In this document: positions 12,975-25,899 of the stretch, piece by piece
Layout: every line of letters starts with the position of its first letter
Position numbering within the stretch: position 1 is the stretch's first letter
Origin: Chiloscyllium plagiosum
Lineage: Eukaryota
Reading direction: 5' to 3'
Assembly (NCBI RefSeq): GCF_004010195.1
Contig: NC_057719.1
Span: 27,649,458-27,713,457 of the forward strand
DNA: 64,000 nt
Made by a program: the position numbers and the translations under genes
The notes under the pieces: model-generated
What the model was told of the DNA's origin: nothing
What the model saw: only the letters and a program-made list of their open reading frames with translations
The model's database searches: none

Positions 12975-13535
12975 TCAGGCCACTTTGAGAATACTGTGTC
13001 CAGTTCTGGTCACCCAGTTAGGAGAAGGATATTATGGGAAGGACACTGGAGAGGGTTCAGAAGAGAATTACCAGGATGTTGCTGGATATGGAAAGTATGA
13101 AACATAAAGAAAGGATGGATAGGTTGGGACTTTTTTCACTGGAGAGGAGGTGGTTGCGGGTGACCTTATATAGAGGTTTATAAAATAATAAGGTGTATAG
13201 ATAGAGTTAATGGCAGTTGTCTTTTCCCTAGGATGGGGGATTTCAAGACAATTGGGCACATTAAGATGAAAGAAGTGAGATTTAAAAAGACATGGGGCAA
13301 ATTCTTTAGTCAGAGGGTGGGTTGTGTGTGGAATGAACTTTCAGAGAAACAGTGGATATGGGTATAGTTTAAAAAACATTCGGATAAGGACACGAATAGG
13401 AAAGATTTGGAGGGGTGTCGGCCAGGAGCCGACAGGTGGGACTAGTTGAATTTGGGATTATAATTGATATGGATCGGTTGGATCGAACGGTCCATTTCCA
13501 TGCTGTATGACTCTACATCCCTATGACTATGACTG
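12975..13535 (+). mobile_element. CR1 LINE 3' end
   Basis: EYCVQFWSP and RGDLI.VYKI motifs; tatgactct-type repeat tail. Confidence 0.88.
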
Positions 13536-14129
13536 TTGCTTATTTTACATCAACTAATGGCTGTGCTATTTCTGAAATATTGAATCTGATTATTACTTCA
13601 GATAAACAGATATGTAATGCTGTATGTCATAAAATCAGTATCTGTGCACTGTATACCATTGGGATTATTTTATGGAAAATGACTGTGCAACAGCCCCATC
13701 TATTGTCATTATCTAATACTGTCATTGAAATACAACCAGTATTGGCTTTGAAATTATATTGTAGTTCAGTTCGCTAAACATACATCTGAAACAATTCTGA
13801 TTTGTAGAAGGGCTAAAAAGTGACATCACCTTTGTTGCAGCAAAGAAAAATGACTTTGTAATTTGCTTTGTCAATCAACTGGAACACATTGGAGTCATCA
13901 TTTTGTGTAGGCAGGGTCTAAGAGTAAAAACACACCCAACACTGTACAGTGTGGAAGTACTTCAGAACACAGAGGCTTAAAACCAAAGCAACTTTTTTTA
14001 AACTCACTCAATTGCAGATAGATTAAAAAATGCTTTTGATATTACATAATATTAAAGTACAAGATCTCTTTACTCTGTCCTCTGTAAATCATTTCCTAAC
14101 CAGATACCAACCTTTTTATGTTTAAAATT

Positions 14130-14232
14130 TGCAGGTAAGTGGTGTTGAAATGCCCAACAGCCATGATTGAATGGCGGAGTGGACTCGATGGGCTGAATGG
14201 CCCTACTTCCACTCCTATTCATTATGGTCTTA
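14130..14232 (+). mobile_element. CR1 3' tail
   Basis: gactcgatgggctgaatggccctact...ttatggtctt, similar to 31700-31800. Confidence 0.75.
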
Positions 14233-15339
14233 AAACTAAACATTCTGTTCAGTCAGATTTGTAGAAAATGTAGTTTCTCGTCACATCTACCCGTTGACTG
14301 GATTGCCTCTCCCAGCATCAGAATTGCAGATTGGCAAAAAAGGCATTATATCCACAATTCTATCACTGGATCTGATATGGATGTGTAAACACAGCTAAAC
14401 AGCTCATGCTCACTGCTTCCTGGAATCTGACTTAGATAGGTATCAGTATAAAAGCAATACCCCACACATGCTCTTTGGCCAAACCTTTGCCAATTCACCT
14501 ACTCTGACAGAGGCTTTTTGGCACCTCTTTGTCCACTTCTTCTGCCTTCTGTATTTAAAGTACATTCTGTAACCAGGAGCTTGACTTGAGGAAACAGAGT
14601 ACAAGTTCACATCCCCTTGTGCAGCCCTCATTTCACCTATCAACAAATCGTATACCAAGGAACTGCACTACCTTCCTCAGTAACACTTGGTGTCAAAGTT
14701 ATGGGAGCTCTCCCACAAATTAGTCAAGAAACAACCTGGCACAATTATACACAGAATTCTATATAGGCCACTGACTCAGACTCCTTCATTGCACTATAAG
14801 GCAGATAGACCAGAGGGGTGAGACATAACTCTGTACAGTCAGATGAAAGTGATCTGGGACTCCTCCAATCAATTCAGTCCAGCTCCCCATGAAATCTGGC
14901 TTCAGGTCAAATACATGCAGAGATCTCAGGTTGAAAATCAGTATGGCTCCATGTTGAATACCATGTGGAGAGACTACAGAGAGGAGGAAAACACATTAGC
15001 TAGAGAATTAAAAATATTTGAAGGGTATTTATATCACTTTTTGTTTTAAAGAAAAAAGACACTCAATCGGTTTTTGAAGTTATTTTGAATGCGTGTTGGG
15101 AATGGGTTGATGTTTCTGGGTCCAAAATGACCATTAGGATCTGCAGGAGAAGCCATTGGGAAATGTAATATCGGGTTCAGTATGATAATATTAAAGTTGT
15201 ACATGTTTGCAAAAAGTAGCAAAATGTTCTAAAAACAGAATAGTTGAGGAGTCTTCAAATTCTGAACCTATGAGGACTTGAGCGCTATAATGGTGAGCCC
15301 CATGATTTGCAGAGTTAATCAAGGCTCTCAGAGTGGGGA

Positions 15340-16965
15340 GAAACAAAGAACAGAGCATGCGAGAGAAACACAGTGGGCCTGGCAGAATCTCAAGATAGAA
15401 AAACAGAGTTAACACTCAGAGTCTGGAGACCCTTCGTCAGAAAGGAAAATAGCCAGGAAAGGGTAGTTGTATGTTGAGCTCTATCCAAGTTATAGGGAGC
15501 AAGGGAGAGGGTGAGAGCCAAAGTGCAAGAGATGGGTCAGGCATAGCTGAGAAGCCTGTTAACCACAATGGTGGGGAATTCTTGGTTGATGAAGAAGGTG
15601 GACATTTCAGAGGCCCCCTTGTCAAATTTGGTATCATCAGATCAGATGCGAAGGAGACAGAGAAACTGGGAGAATGGAACAGAGTCTTTACAGAAAGCAG
15701 GGTGTGAAGATGTATAGGAGAAAGTGAGGACTGCAGATGCTGGAGATCAGAGGTGTTTTGGCGGAAATGACAACGGATGATACGATACATATGGAGGTTG
15801 GTGGGGTGGTAGGTCCTCACCTACCCCAGGACAGAACCCCACTGGTCCTCACCTACCCCAGGACAGAACCCCACTGGTCCTCACCTACCACCCCACCAAC
15901 CTCCATATACATCGTATCATCCGTCGTCATTTCCACCACCTCCAAACAGACCCCACCACCAGGGATATATTTCTCTCCCCTACCCTATCAGCATTCCGAA
16001 AAGACCACTCCCTCCGTGACTCCCTCGTCAGGTCCACACCCCCCACCAACCAAACTTCCACTCCCGGCACCTTCCCCTGCAACCGCAAGAAATGCAAAAC
16101 GTGCGCCCACACCTTCCCCCTCACTTCCCTCCAAGGCCCCAAGGGATCCTTCCATATCCGTCACAAATTCACCTGCACCTCCACACACATCATTTACTGC
16201 ATCNNNNNNNNNNNNNNNNNNNNNNNNNNNNNNNNNNNNNNNNNNNNNNNNNNNNNNNNNNNNNNNNNNNNNNNNNNNNNNNNNNNNNNNNNNNNNNNNN
16301 NTGCAGGTCCTTGGACTCCTCCATCGCCAGACCATAGCAACACGACGGCTGGAGGAAGATCGCCTCATCTTCTGCCTAGGAACCCTCCAACCACAAGGGA
16401 TGAACTCCGATTTCTCCAGTTTCCTCATTTCCCATCCCCCCACTTTGTCTCAGTGCCAACCCTCGAACTCAGCACCACCTTCCTAACCTGCAATCTTCTT
16501 CCTGACCTCTCCGCCCCCACCCCCACTCCGGCCTATCACCCTCACCTTAACCTCCTTCCACCTATCACATTTCCAACGTCCCTCTCCCAACTCCATCCTC
16601 CCTACCTTTTATCTTAGCCCGCTTGGCACACTTTGCTCATTCCTGAAGAAGGGCTCATGCCCGAAAGGTCGATTCTCCTGCTCCTTGGATGCTGCCTGAC
16701 CTGCTGCGCTTTTCCAGCAACACATTTTCAGCTGTGAGGAAGTATAGACACGATAACTGTGGGAGCCAATGGGTTTGTCATGGATATCAGTGGCCAAGCT
16801 AACCCCAGAATTAGAAACAGATGTCTAGGAAGGAAAGGGAAGAGTCTGAGATGTTCCAGGTGAAGATGAGAGCGGGGCAGAAATTGGAAACAAAATTGAT
16901 AAACTTTTTGAATTTTGGATGAGAGGGGGAAGCAGCACTAATGATGTCATCAATGTACCAGACAA
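15340..16965 (-). mobile_element. Older Penelope-like element (15340-15715 and 16748-16965) hosting a younger PLE
   Basis: Minus frame WYIDDI...FINFVSNFCPALIFTWNISDSSLSFLD is PLE-type RT; a terminal arm with a decayed hammerhead lies near 15400-15440. Confidence 0.75.
15718..16732 (+). mobile_element. Penelope-like element 3' portion (Cys linker plus GIY-YIG) with an inverted 5' piece; gap 16204-16301
   Basis: PLVLTYHP...PGTFPCNRKKCKTC...FTCTSTHIIYCI; hammerhead-like core at 16643-16670; imperfect direct repeat at 15703-15717 and 16733-16747. Confidence 0.88.
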
Positions 16966-17275
16966 TGTCATAGAGTTGTATAGCAATAGAAACAAATGCT
17001 TTGGTCCATCTTGTCCATGTCAACCAGATATCTTAAATTAATCTAGTCCTATTTGCGAGATTTTGGCCCATATCCCTCTAGACCATTCCTATTTATCTAG
17101 CCATCCAGATAGTTTTGAATGTTGTATAAGCATCCAACCCTTCTTCTGGCAGCTCATTCCATACACTCACCAACGTGCTTAAAGATGTTGCCCCTTAGGT
17201 CCCTTTTACATCTTTCCCGGCTCACCTTAAACCTATGCCATCTAGCTTTGAACTTCCCTACCCTGGGGAAAAGTG
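16965..17275 (-). mobile_element. CR1 3' end
   Basis: ..HRFKVSRERCKRDLRGNIF.. followed by the CR1 tail. Confidence 0.8.
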
Positions 17276-18011
17276 TTGTGGAGAGAGACCCAAGTAAGAC
17301 TGGAAGAAGGAGTGCTTCACATACTATACAAAGAGGCATAACTGAGCCCAGAAATCTGCTCTCTTGCACAGAAGCTCAAATGAACATTTTTCCTTACCCA
17401 TTGGCTCAAAAGTGTGTCTTGTCACCACTACAGGATGAGTCTCAAACTCGTTCAGTGAATAAGCTGCCAGATTGGGTTTGTTCACATGCTCAGCTGCACA
17501 CTTCATTATAACCTTGGTTCAGGTTTGGATCAAAGAACTAAATTCCAGAACTGAAATGAAATGACTGCTCACTGACCTCAAGGCATCCCAAGAACAAGGC
17601 GAAAAAGTAGTTGATACATATACATGCTATAAACAGTTCACATCCATCCCATTCCAAATAGCGTAGGACCAGCTGGAGTATTCCAATAACTGGATAACAT
17701 CAGCCAGTTCACGAATCTTGTAAAGTTAGCAAATTAATTCAGAAAAGTCATTCGTTTGGTAATCTGGGATGTTTTGAAGTTAATCTGTTGCTTTCCTCTG
17801 TGGGTGACAAATGTTGCTAGCGACTCAGACCAGGATCCTTCTACTATATGTTTCGCTGCACTGAACACTAAAATAAATACCACCTCATCCCAGCATGAAT
17901 GTTGAGAGAGTATCTTTGCTTGTTTGATTGGATCTCACAAGGTTTGAGATCCAAGTAATTAAACTTGCTCTGGACAGAGCATTATTCAACTCATTCTAAA
18001 ACAAGGATCAT

Positions 18012-18130
18012 ATCAGACTCAAAATATTGACTCGTTCTCTTTCATTGATGCCTCTAGACCTGCTGAGTTTCTCCAGCGCTTTCTGTGTTTAGTTCAGATC
18101 CAAAATACTTGCAGCGTTTTGCTTTTATTT
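18012..18130 (+). mobile_element. Penelope terminal arm (family C), degenerate
   Basis: agacctgctgagtttctccagc...ttttgcttttatttt resembles 27400-27514. Confidence 0.55.
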
Positions 18131-20079
18131 TGTTGCCTATCACCAATCTCTACTGATGTCAATCACTCCAGGAACCAGAAACATTGGTTAATCAACAGGG
18201 AAATTTCAAGCTCCATCCATTAGAAAAGAGGACAAATAAGAAGGAAGACATCATTTTTATAAGATTACAATCTTCTAGAGATCTCTGGATGTTACACAGA
18301 TGCAGAGAAACCTACATCCAGAACCTCAACCTGAGCTACAAATCTTCTCAAAACTCGGCATCATGAATGGTGCTTGTATATCATTAATGCTTTGTAAAGT
18401 CATAATAACCTTTGTAACTGCAACTGAGTTAAAGTGTAACTAATAGTTTACCAGTTGGCTACCAACACTAGAAATGGAAGTGACATAAGCAAACTAAGGC
18501 TTTGGTGTTCTCACTTGGTTTCAGAAGCATAAACGTGGTCATGATGTGAAGGGCAATGCCGTTGCTGGTCAGGAACTGAGGTCAAATATTTCAAACTGAA
18601 AAACTGAAGACCCCAGTAGTTGACTCATCACCATGGTAATGTGTCATTGACATCTGCTGATTTCTAACTGCATAGCACTAACAATCTGAAAACAGGATCT
18701 TAGTTCCTTGGAGGGGATTCATTTCACAGGGATACCCAAAGGTATAGAGCTCGATTAATCAAAAGAAGTACAATGCAATGGAGAACAAATAAAATATTAT
18801 CCAGTGGAGAAAATATATTACAGCCACAGTATTACAAAGACTGGGGTCTTCCAATATGGAATTAGTCTGGGAAGTACAGAACAGCTATTCAACCACAAGA
18901 TTCCAAAATAAGTTTGCTGAATTCTAATTCTTCTAAAAGCAGTGACTCACATGGCAGTCCACATGGACACATACCTTTAACTTTAACTGTCTTACATTTT
19001 TCATCACTTAAGAGAACAAGGCACTCTTACTAAAGCAACATCCTTGGCAACCCTCCTGACAAGACGACAGCACAGTCTGAGTTATTGCTTGAGGCTCATG
19101 TCACAACAAAATAACAAAATCACTTACATCACTCCCATAAAGTAAAACTGCCACTCTACATGCTCCCAATTACTGGGCTCCAATAAAAAGGAACTCATTG
19201 TGCACCAGGTCAGGAAGTCAAGATTGCCTGGAAGCCTGTGAGGATGGCAAAAAGAAACATGAAAGTTACTTTTTATCTATTACCTTCAGATGTTACTGGA
19301 GCAGAGGGGTGCATTCTGATTCCTTCAACTCTACAGTCTTTTACAGATGTCAGGTTACTCCCTTCACAGAGTTACAACAGGGGATACGCCTCCCCGCAGG
19401 TGATTTCCTTGTGGAAAGAACAAGTGTGCTGGCTGGCTGCAGTTGTACAGTGGTCAGCTGGGATTTGATTCCCTGTGCTTGGTATTAACCAGCCAGGCAG
19501 GATGCTGGTAGCTGATTGCTTCTAACTGTCCTGAGCCAGCCACCCTCTTTATAGAGCACTGGGCCATGATGCTTCGAAATGTCTTAAGTCCTTGCAATGG
19601 TGATTCCAGCCCTTCCCTTATAAGATTGCATTCCTTTATCCTCCAATGCAATAGTTCATTGTTGCTTGACTGAGTAATCTGCGCTTTGTCGGTCTCGTCA
19701 CATTTCAGGTGCATATTTTCAGGATTTGTTGACTGACGAGAAAAAAATTATGAGTGCTGTTTCCCTTTTAAGTAGCTGGTTTGTTTGCTGTGGAAATTCC
19801 CTTCATAAAATTGTAAACAGCAATATTGGTGATGAATTGTTTTCCGCTATAAAGAGCTTTGGTAAATTCCTTTATCCATGACTATCATCGCAAGGACAAT
19901 CTCTACGCTATGAAGACCATGGGCAGCCCGAGAGGTGTCTGAAAGTGCCTTTCAGATCTTATCAAACAACGGTGCAGACTGGAGGGGTTGAATGGCTTAC
20001 TTCTTTTCATAATTCACATCCTCTCAATGACCACTGTACTCAATTAGTGGGATAGAAGTAACATCAAAATAACTTTAAT

Positions 20080-20578
20080 CGACGAGTGTGCGGCTGGAAA
20101 AGCACAGCTAGTCAGGCAGTATTCAAGGAGCAGGAGAATTGACATTTCAAGCATAACCTCTTTATCAGGAATGAGGGGGTGGCCCAAGGGGGCTGAGAGA
20201 TAAATGGGAGGAGGGTAGGGCTGGGGGGAAGGTAGCTGGGAATGCGAGAGGTAGATGAAGTTGGGGGTCAGAGAGGAAGGTGGAGAGGATAGGTGGGAAG
20301 GAAGATGGACAGGTAGGACAGGTCAAGACGATGGTGCTAAGTTGGAAGGTTGGCTGGTGGGGGGTGGTGAGGAAATGAGGAAACTGGTAAAATCTACATC
20401 GATCCCATGTGGTTGGAGGTCCCAAGGCAGAAGATGAGGTGTTCTTCCTCCTGGGGTGTGAAGGGTTTGGCGGTGGAGGTTTGGCTTCATGTCTTTGGCA
20501 GAGGGGGAAGGGGAGTTAGAGTGTTCAACCATGGGGCGGTGGGGTTGGTTGGTGCGGGTGTCCCAGAGATGTTCACTG
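20080..20578 (-). mobile_element. Penelope-like 3' fragment
   Basis: Resembles the reverse complement of 44811-45393 (EHLWDT...LQPHGIDVDF). Confidence 0.85.
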
Positions 20579-21599
20579 AAAAGAGGGATTTATATTTTCT
20601 GATTCAGTAAAATAAGTTCACCTTTGATTTAACAAAAACACCTGTAAAATTGAGGTCAGATTGATTTAGAAAATTATCCATATATCCATCAAAATCCATA
20701 ACAATTCTTGATATATATCAAGTACGATTCAGACAGTCACTTACTAACACATGTAGTTTACACTAAATCTTATTTGTCAAATGAGAATTTACAAAATAAG
20801 CTCAAAAAATAAAACCAGCACTCAGGAATTGCAACACAGAAATTTGTTGAAGTGTGATTTATGTTACATGGTCTCTCTCATACATAGCTCTCACTGTTTC
20901 TTGACCAGGCAGCATTGCAATTAAGTTTGATCCCATAGGGATTGTATGTCTGCTCCAGCACAGCCTAACTCAAAGTCCAGGAGAAAAGAATTTACCTCAA
21001 ATGAGCAAGAAGTTAAAACCTTAACCAGAAAGGTATCACTAAAAAACCTTTCCAATGGAACATTTCTTTTTAATCATTCATGAGATGCAGGCACTGTCAC
21101 CAGTTCTTACTCATCGCTAATTGCCTTTTGATTCGGTAGTAATGAGCTGCCTTCTTGAACTGCGGCAGACTGTGTGTTTAGTCAAACCAAAATACCATTA
21201 GTCAGTGAGTGCCAAGGTTTTGACTCTGTTCCTTCAGTGTCACTGGATCAAAACCACGGAACACCTTCCTAGTACTATTTTATGTCTACCCACAGCACAC
21301 AGAATGTTGCAGTTCAAGAAAGCAGCTCAACGTCAATATCAAGGTTTCATTTTATTAAAAAAATATCAGTTCAACAGTTTCTTAGGATTATTTATCCAGT
21401 TATGCAGAATGATACCAAGCGAAAGGGCAGTCTATCCATCTTCTCAGTGTAGGCAGTGCAAATGAGACACAAAAACAGTCACTCCAACACATTCTGATCC
21501 CTGGCTGGTTACATGTGTCACTACCAACCCTGGGGAAGATGATAGTTATCTGCCTACTCCAATACAATTGAATGGTTGTCAGAGGACCTCAGACAAAAA

Positions 21600-22350
21600 T
21601 AATGGAGGGGAGAAACTGATTTATCTAACAAAGTATGGTTTCTTATTCTTGGAGAAAAGGGGAAACAATATTTCAAGCATAATTCAGTGCCATTAGAACA
21701 AGTGTGGCATAATTGATTTGTAAAGATTCATGCAATTCATGAAAATGTAACTGAGGAGAGGACTCTGACATCAGTGAGAAGGAACATAGTCTATATTGAG
21801 CATGTGAAAAGACAGGTCTCAGACACTCCATTGCAGTGTGCTTAATTGAGAACTGATGTGATGTGGTTTTCTACTTGCCCACATAACATATACTACAAAG
21901 AATGGGGTTCTTACGGAGAAGCTTCTTAACAACCACATACACTGCTATGACATCTCAGATTACATACACAATCTGGGTTTTATGACCAGTAAACTATACG
22001 GTGTACATTCAGGACTAGCTTATTGGACAACTAAGGGTAATCCAAAAGGCACAGCTAAGAGCACAACGCTCAGACTGATGGTTGAAAACTTTGCAATGCT
22101 GCCCAACCATCCACTAGGGTCATCATTGAACAGACAACTGACCTTCTGAAGATGTGATTCTATGACCTGGACCACTCAGGAGGAACACCTCAGGACTGAC
22201 CAGAAAAACGTTTCCGGAACAGTAATTGATTGCCGAGTCCTGCACAACCTCACTCAACGACAGAGTGAGAACGTTGAAGAGTGGGAGATGGACTAACCGC
22301 GTGTTCTCTCCGCCGAGGAAGAAGGAAATCCAACAAGATGCTGAAGGACC
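21600..22350 (+). mobile_element. Possible highly decayed Gypsy integrase C-terminal remnant
   Basis: FLLAHITYTTKNGVLTEKLLNNH near 21870-21935 resembles the Gypsy FLLAYR.TP..TTGVSPAELL motif. Confidence 0.35.
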
Positions 22351-22369
22351 CTGATAGATCGGAGAATGA

Positions 22370-22558
22370 TTTGGAAATGCTACTGTTGGACTGGGGTGTA
22401 CATACTTAAAAATCACACAACACCATGTTATAGTCCAACAGGTTTAATTGGAAGCACTAGCTTTCAGAGTGCTGCTTCTTCAACCACCTGATGAAGGAAC
22501 AGAGCTCCGAAAGCTCGTACTTCCAATTAAACTTGTTGGATTATAACCTGGTGTTGTC
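22370..22558. mobile_element. Palindromic Penelope-terminus mini-element (family B) with hammerhead core
   Basis: Inverted arms; + core cac-CTGATGA-aggaac-aga-gctcc-GAAA-gctc; imperfect direct repeat at 22356-22369 and 22559-22572. Confidence 0.8.
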
Positions 22559-23439
22559 AGATATGAGAATGAAGGATATTACGTCAACAATTGTGGGAAC
22601 ACAAATGTAACAGCTAGTAGTGATACACAAGCTTGCCAACCCTCAAAGAGAAGGCTTGTTTTTTTTTTAAACAAAGCAAGTTTATGTTGCTTTGCTTGTC
22701 ATATATCACACAGGTATTCACATTTTCTTTGCACCAATAAACCCCCGTTCAGTTTGACATCAGAGAATCAGAATAGATTTCTGTTGTCTTACATGGAGGT
22801 CATGCTTGTAGCACAAAGACCTTTGTGTGCATTGTCACAGAGAATGGAGAGGGGCCACATGCTAACTGACACAGACCACAACCACAAAGCTTATCTTCCC
22901 ACTTCCCAGATGGCTTCTTCCCTCCACATGAGACATGTGCATGAGAATATCAGAGCCCTTCACAATGCCACATCTTAAGCAGCTAAGGTGATCATCATCC
23001 CGCAAGACATTTAAAAAGAGGGTGCAAAATTGTTGGAAGTATAACCAGATTACACAAGACCATGGGAATCGGGGTGCAACTCAAAAGGTTAGCACCGATG
23101 CACCCAAAGTGACCTCAATATTCTTTAATCTTTCTCTTCCTACTATTTTAAGTAGCTGCATCTCAGCTAAGCAGGTGGAAGCCTATCTGCTTTGCCACCT
23201 CGTCACAGATAACATTGACAGGCATCCTCAATCTTCAGCATCCTCGCTCCTTGGTATCTGCATGTGGAGGCACATTGGTCCCTGGTGGTGGTGACGTGAA
23301 ACTGCAGGGCACCTCTCAGCACACAATTCTGGGTGCCTATCTATCGGCTGTTTGTTACCCCAGTTGGTGCACCATATCACCTCCCTTACCCCTTGAGGGT
23401 TTGGGGTAAAGGTCCCTCGGCCCTCATTGTGGTGATGAA

Positions 23440-23892
23440 TGAACAGAACAAAGAACAATACATCGTAGAACAGATCCTTCGGCCCTCAATGTCACACTGA
23501 CCTGTGAACTAATCTGAGCCCTTCCCCCTACACTATCCCATCATCATCCATGTGCTTATCCAAGGACTGTTTAAATGCCGCTGATGTGGCAGGCAGGGCA
23601 TTCCAAGCCCTTACCACTCTGAGTAAAGAACCTGCCTCTGATATCTGTCTTAAATCTATCACCCCTCACATTTGTAGTTATGCCCCCTTGTACAAGCTGA
23701 CGTCATCATCCTAGGAAAAAGACTTTCATTGTCCACCCTATCTAATCCTCTGATCATCTTGTATGAATCTATTAAATCCCCTCTTAGGCTCCTTCTATCC
23801 AATGAGAACAGACCCAAGTCCCTCAGCCTTTCCTCATAAGACCTTCGCTCCAGGCAACATCCTGGTAAATCTCCTCTGCACCTTTTCTAATG
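23440..23892 (-). mobile_element. CR1 3' end
   Basis: Reverse complement of the CR1 ORF2 end with a ttctttgttct-type tail. Confidence 0.82.
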
Positions 23893-25899
23893 CTTGAGGT
23901 GAATGGGCCTGTAAGGCCACAGAGGCAGCTACAAAGTCAGAGACAAAGTTGGCTGACCCCTCTATCCTTCACCCCAGTCTACACAAGGTCTCTGGCACCT
24001 CTGCCAAATGTTCCGCTACCAGTATCTGTATCTCCAACTCATACAGGGCTGGGTCCAGATGCTCATCATCTATATACGAGTCAGCAGGGGCCCATTCTCC
24101 TCCAAAGATCAGAGACGTTAGCGTTTTCCTCCTCTTACATCTGTGGGCCCATATCAATGCCGTGTACACCAGGATGTGCCCTTGAGCCTACTGTCGATGC
24201 ACTGCCCATGGAGGTGGGTGGAATGCCTTGACAGCATATACTCCAAGGGTCTGTTATATCTCGGGAGGTATCTTTTTGGAGAACTGGGCCTGGGGAAATG
24301 GGTATTTTCCCCTTCTGGCTGCTGCCTTAATTCTATGGTCGGTAGGCTGCAGAGACACACAAAGATCTGTCAGTGACACGATATATGATCATTGCTGGTG
24401 CTTGGCGGCTCTCTCAATAAATTGCTGGACATATACATAGTCCCCTTACTTGCCTGCCAACTTAGTGACTTTCCTCCTCAAAGTCCTTAATCCAGGCATC
24501 TCTTTCACCCCTCCTTTTATACCCCTCCAATCTGTCTGTGCACTCTCAAACTGATTATACACCTCCTTCTCACATGGAAGCATAGTGACATTAAGGAACA
24601 TTAATCTGGATACATGACCACAATATATACATTGATGGTGATTAGGATGGGAACGCCCTCAGAGCTTTGATTGTCAGCTACATGGATATGAGGTAAATTA
24701 AGAGTTAAAAGATTTGAAGTTAAAACTAATTCAGGGCACCCAGAGAGTTAGTATTGGTTGAGATCAATAAGGCTTTGTGTAAATTTTTATGCCTGATATT
24801 CCTTTGAAGTGAAGTGATCATCCTGAAGTTATATTTCATGTAACTGCCCCCATACTAGATTTGGATATAAAGCCAGATGACCATGAACTTCTCCTGTTTG
24901 TGAGGCAAGGTGAAGGAGCTGGAGGTACTTTAGCCAAGAAGTGAGGCAGAGAATGATTGCTCCAGAACATGGAACAGCCATGTTTATACTACATCAGGCA
25001 GTCTACAGACGTGAATTAACACCAATATCCAAGTGTTGAATTCAAACAAACCAGTTTCGGATGTCTAGTCAGAATTCCAAAACAAATTTCCCTGAGAAAT
25101 TTGAACTTTAGGGGAGCAGGGTTGGGGAGAGGAGATGGCAATAATGACCATAACAATGACAATACTAATAATGATGTTAAATGATTACAAGTAAACTATT
25201 GGAATGATATAGACCTTGTAAAGAGGAACTTAGGGGGCGATGTGGTATAAATGAGGTTTCTGTAAAACATGATGTAATTGATGTCAGACTCACCTAATCA
25301 GTGAGAGAAAAGACCCCAGTCCAGAAGAGTGAGGCCTGAGACACTACACTAAAGAACTCCATTTGAGAACCAGGTATGAACAGATGTAAATAAAAGAATG
25401 TTAGAATTGAAGAGCCTTACTTACAGACAAGAAGAAAACAGTCTCCAGAACAGTGCATGCGCAAACACCCAAACCCACAGACTAGTATGTCAAAATAAAA
25501 TTTAGGATTATCATATTGTAAACAGGATTGAACTTTCAAGTTAACAGAAAATCCTCCTTCAGACGTTCCTGACAATGTCTCGTTTGGCAAAATCGTCTAC
25601 AACAGCCCCCACTACTTTTTGTTCTCAACATTATTATGGAGCAAGTGCCAGCTCTTTCCAGTAAAAATCAATCTGCTTTCATTAAAATCATTACACCGTT
25701 GAGTCACATAATTACAAATAGCATTACCCATTGGGTAAGTAACTGTTGATGGAGTGCCAGAGGTTGATATTACTCATGTTGTATTTCATTCCTTCTCAAA
25801 AAGGATACTAATTCTTTCACAATTGTACTGTTGTACCATCTGGATCAGTGAATGGACAGCGCAAAAACCCCTCAGCTCAGTCTAGGCCAGGTAGGTTTC

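Noticed and set aside
23000..24560. Harbinger transposase or retroviral protease remnants
   Set aside because: Only vague motif resemblance; not supportable without a search
24640..25440. Solo LTR (TATA-like motif near 25246, AATAAA at 25389)
   Set aside because: No partner LTR, TG..CA termini or TSD could be fixed by eye
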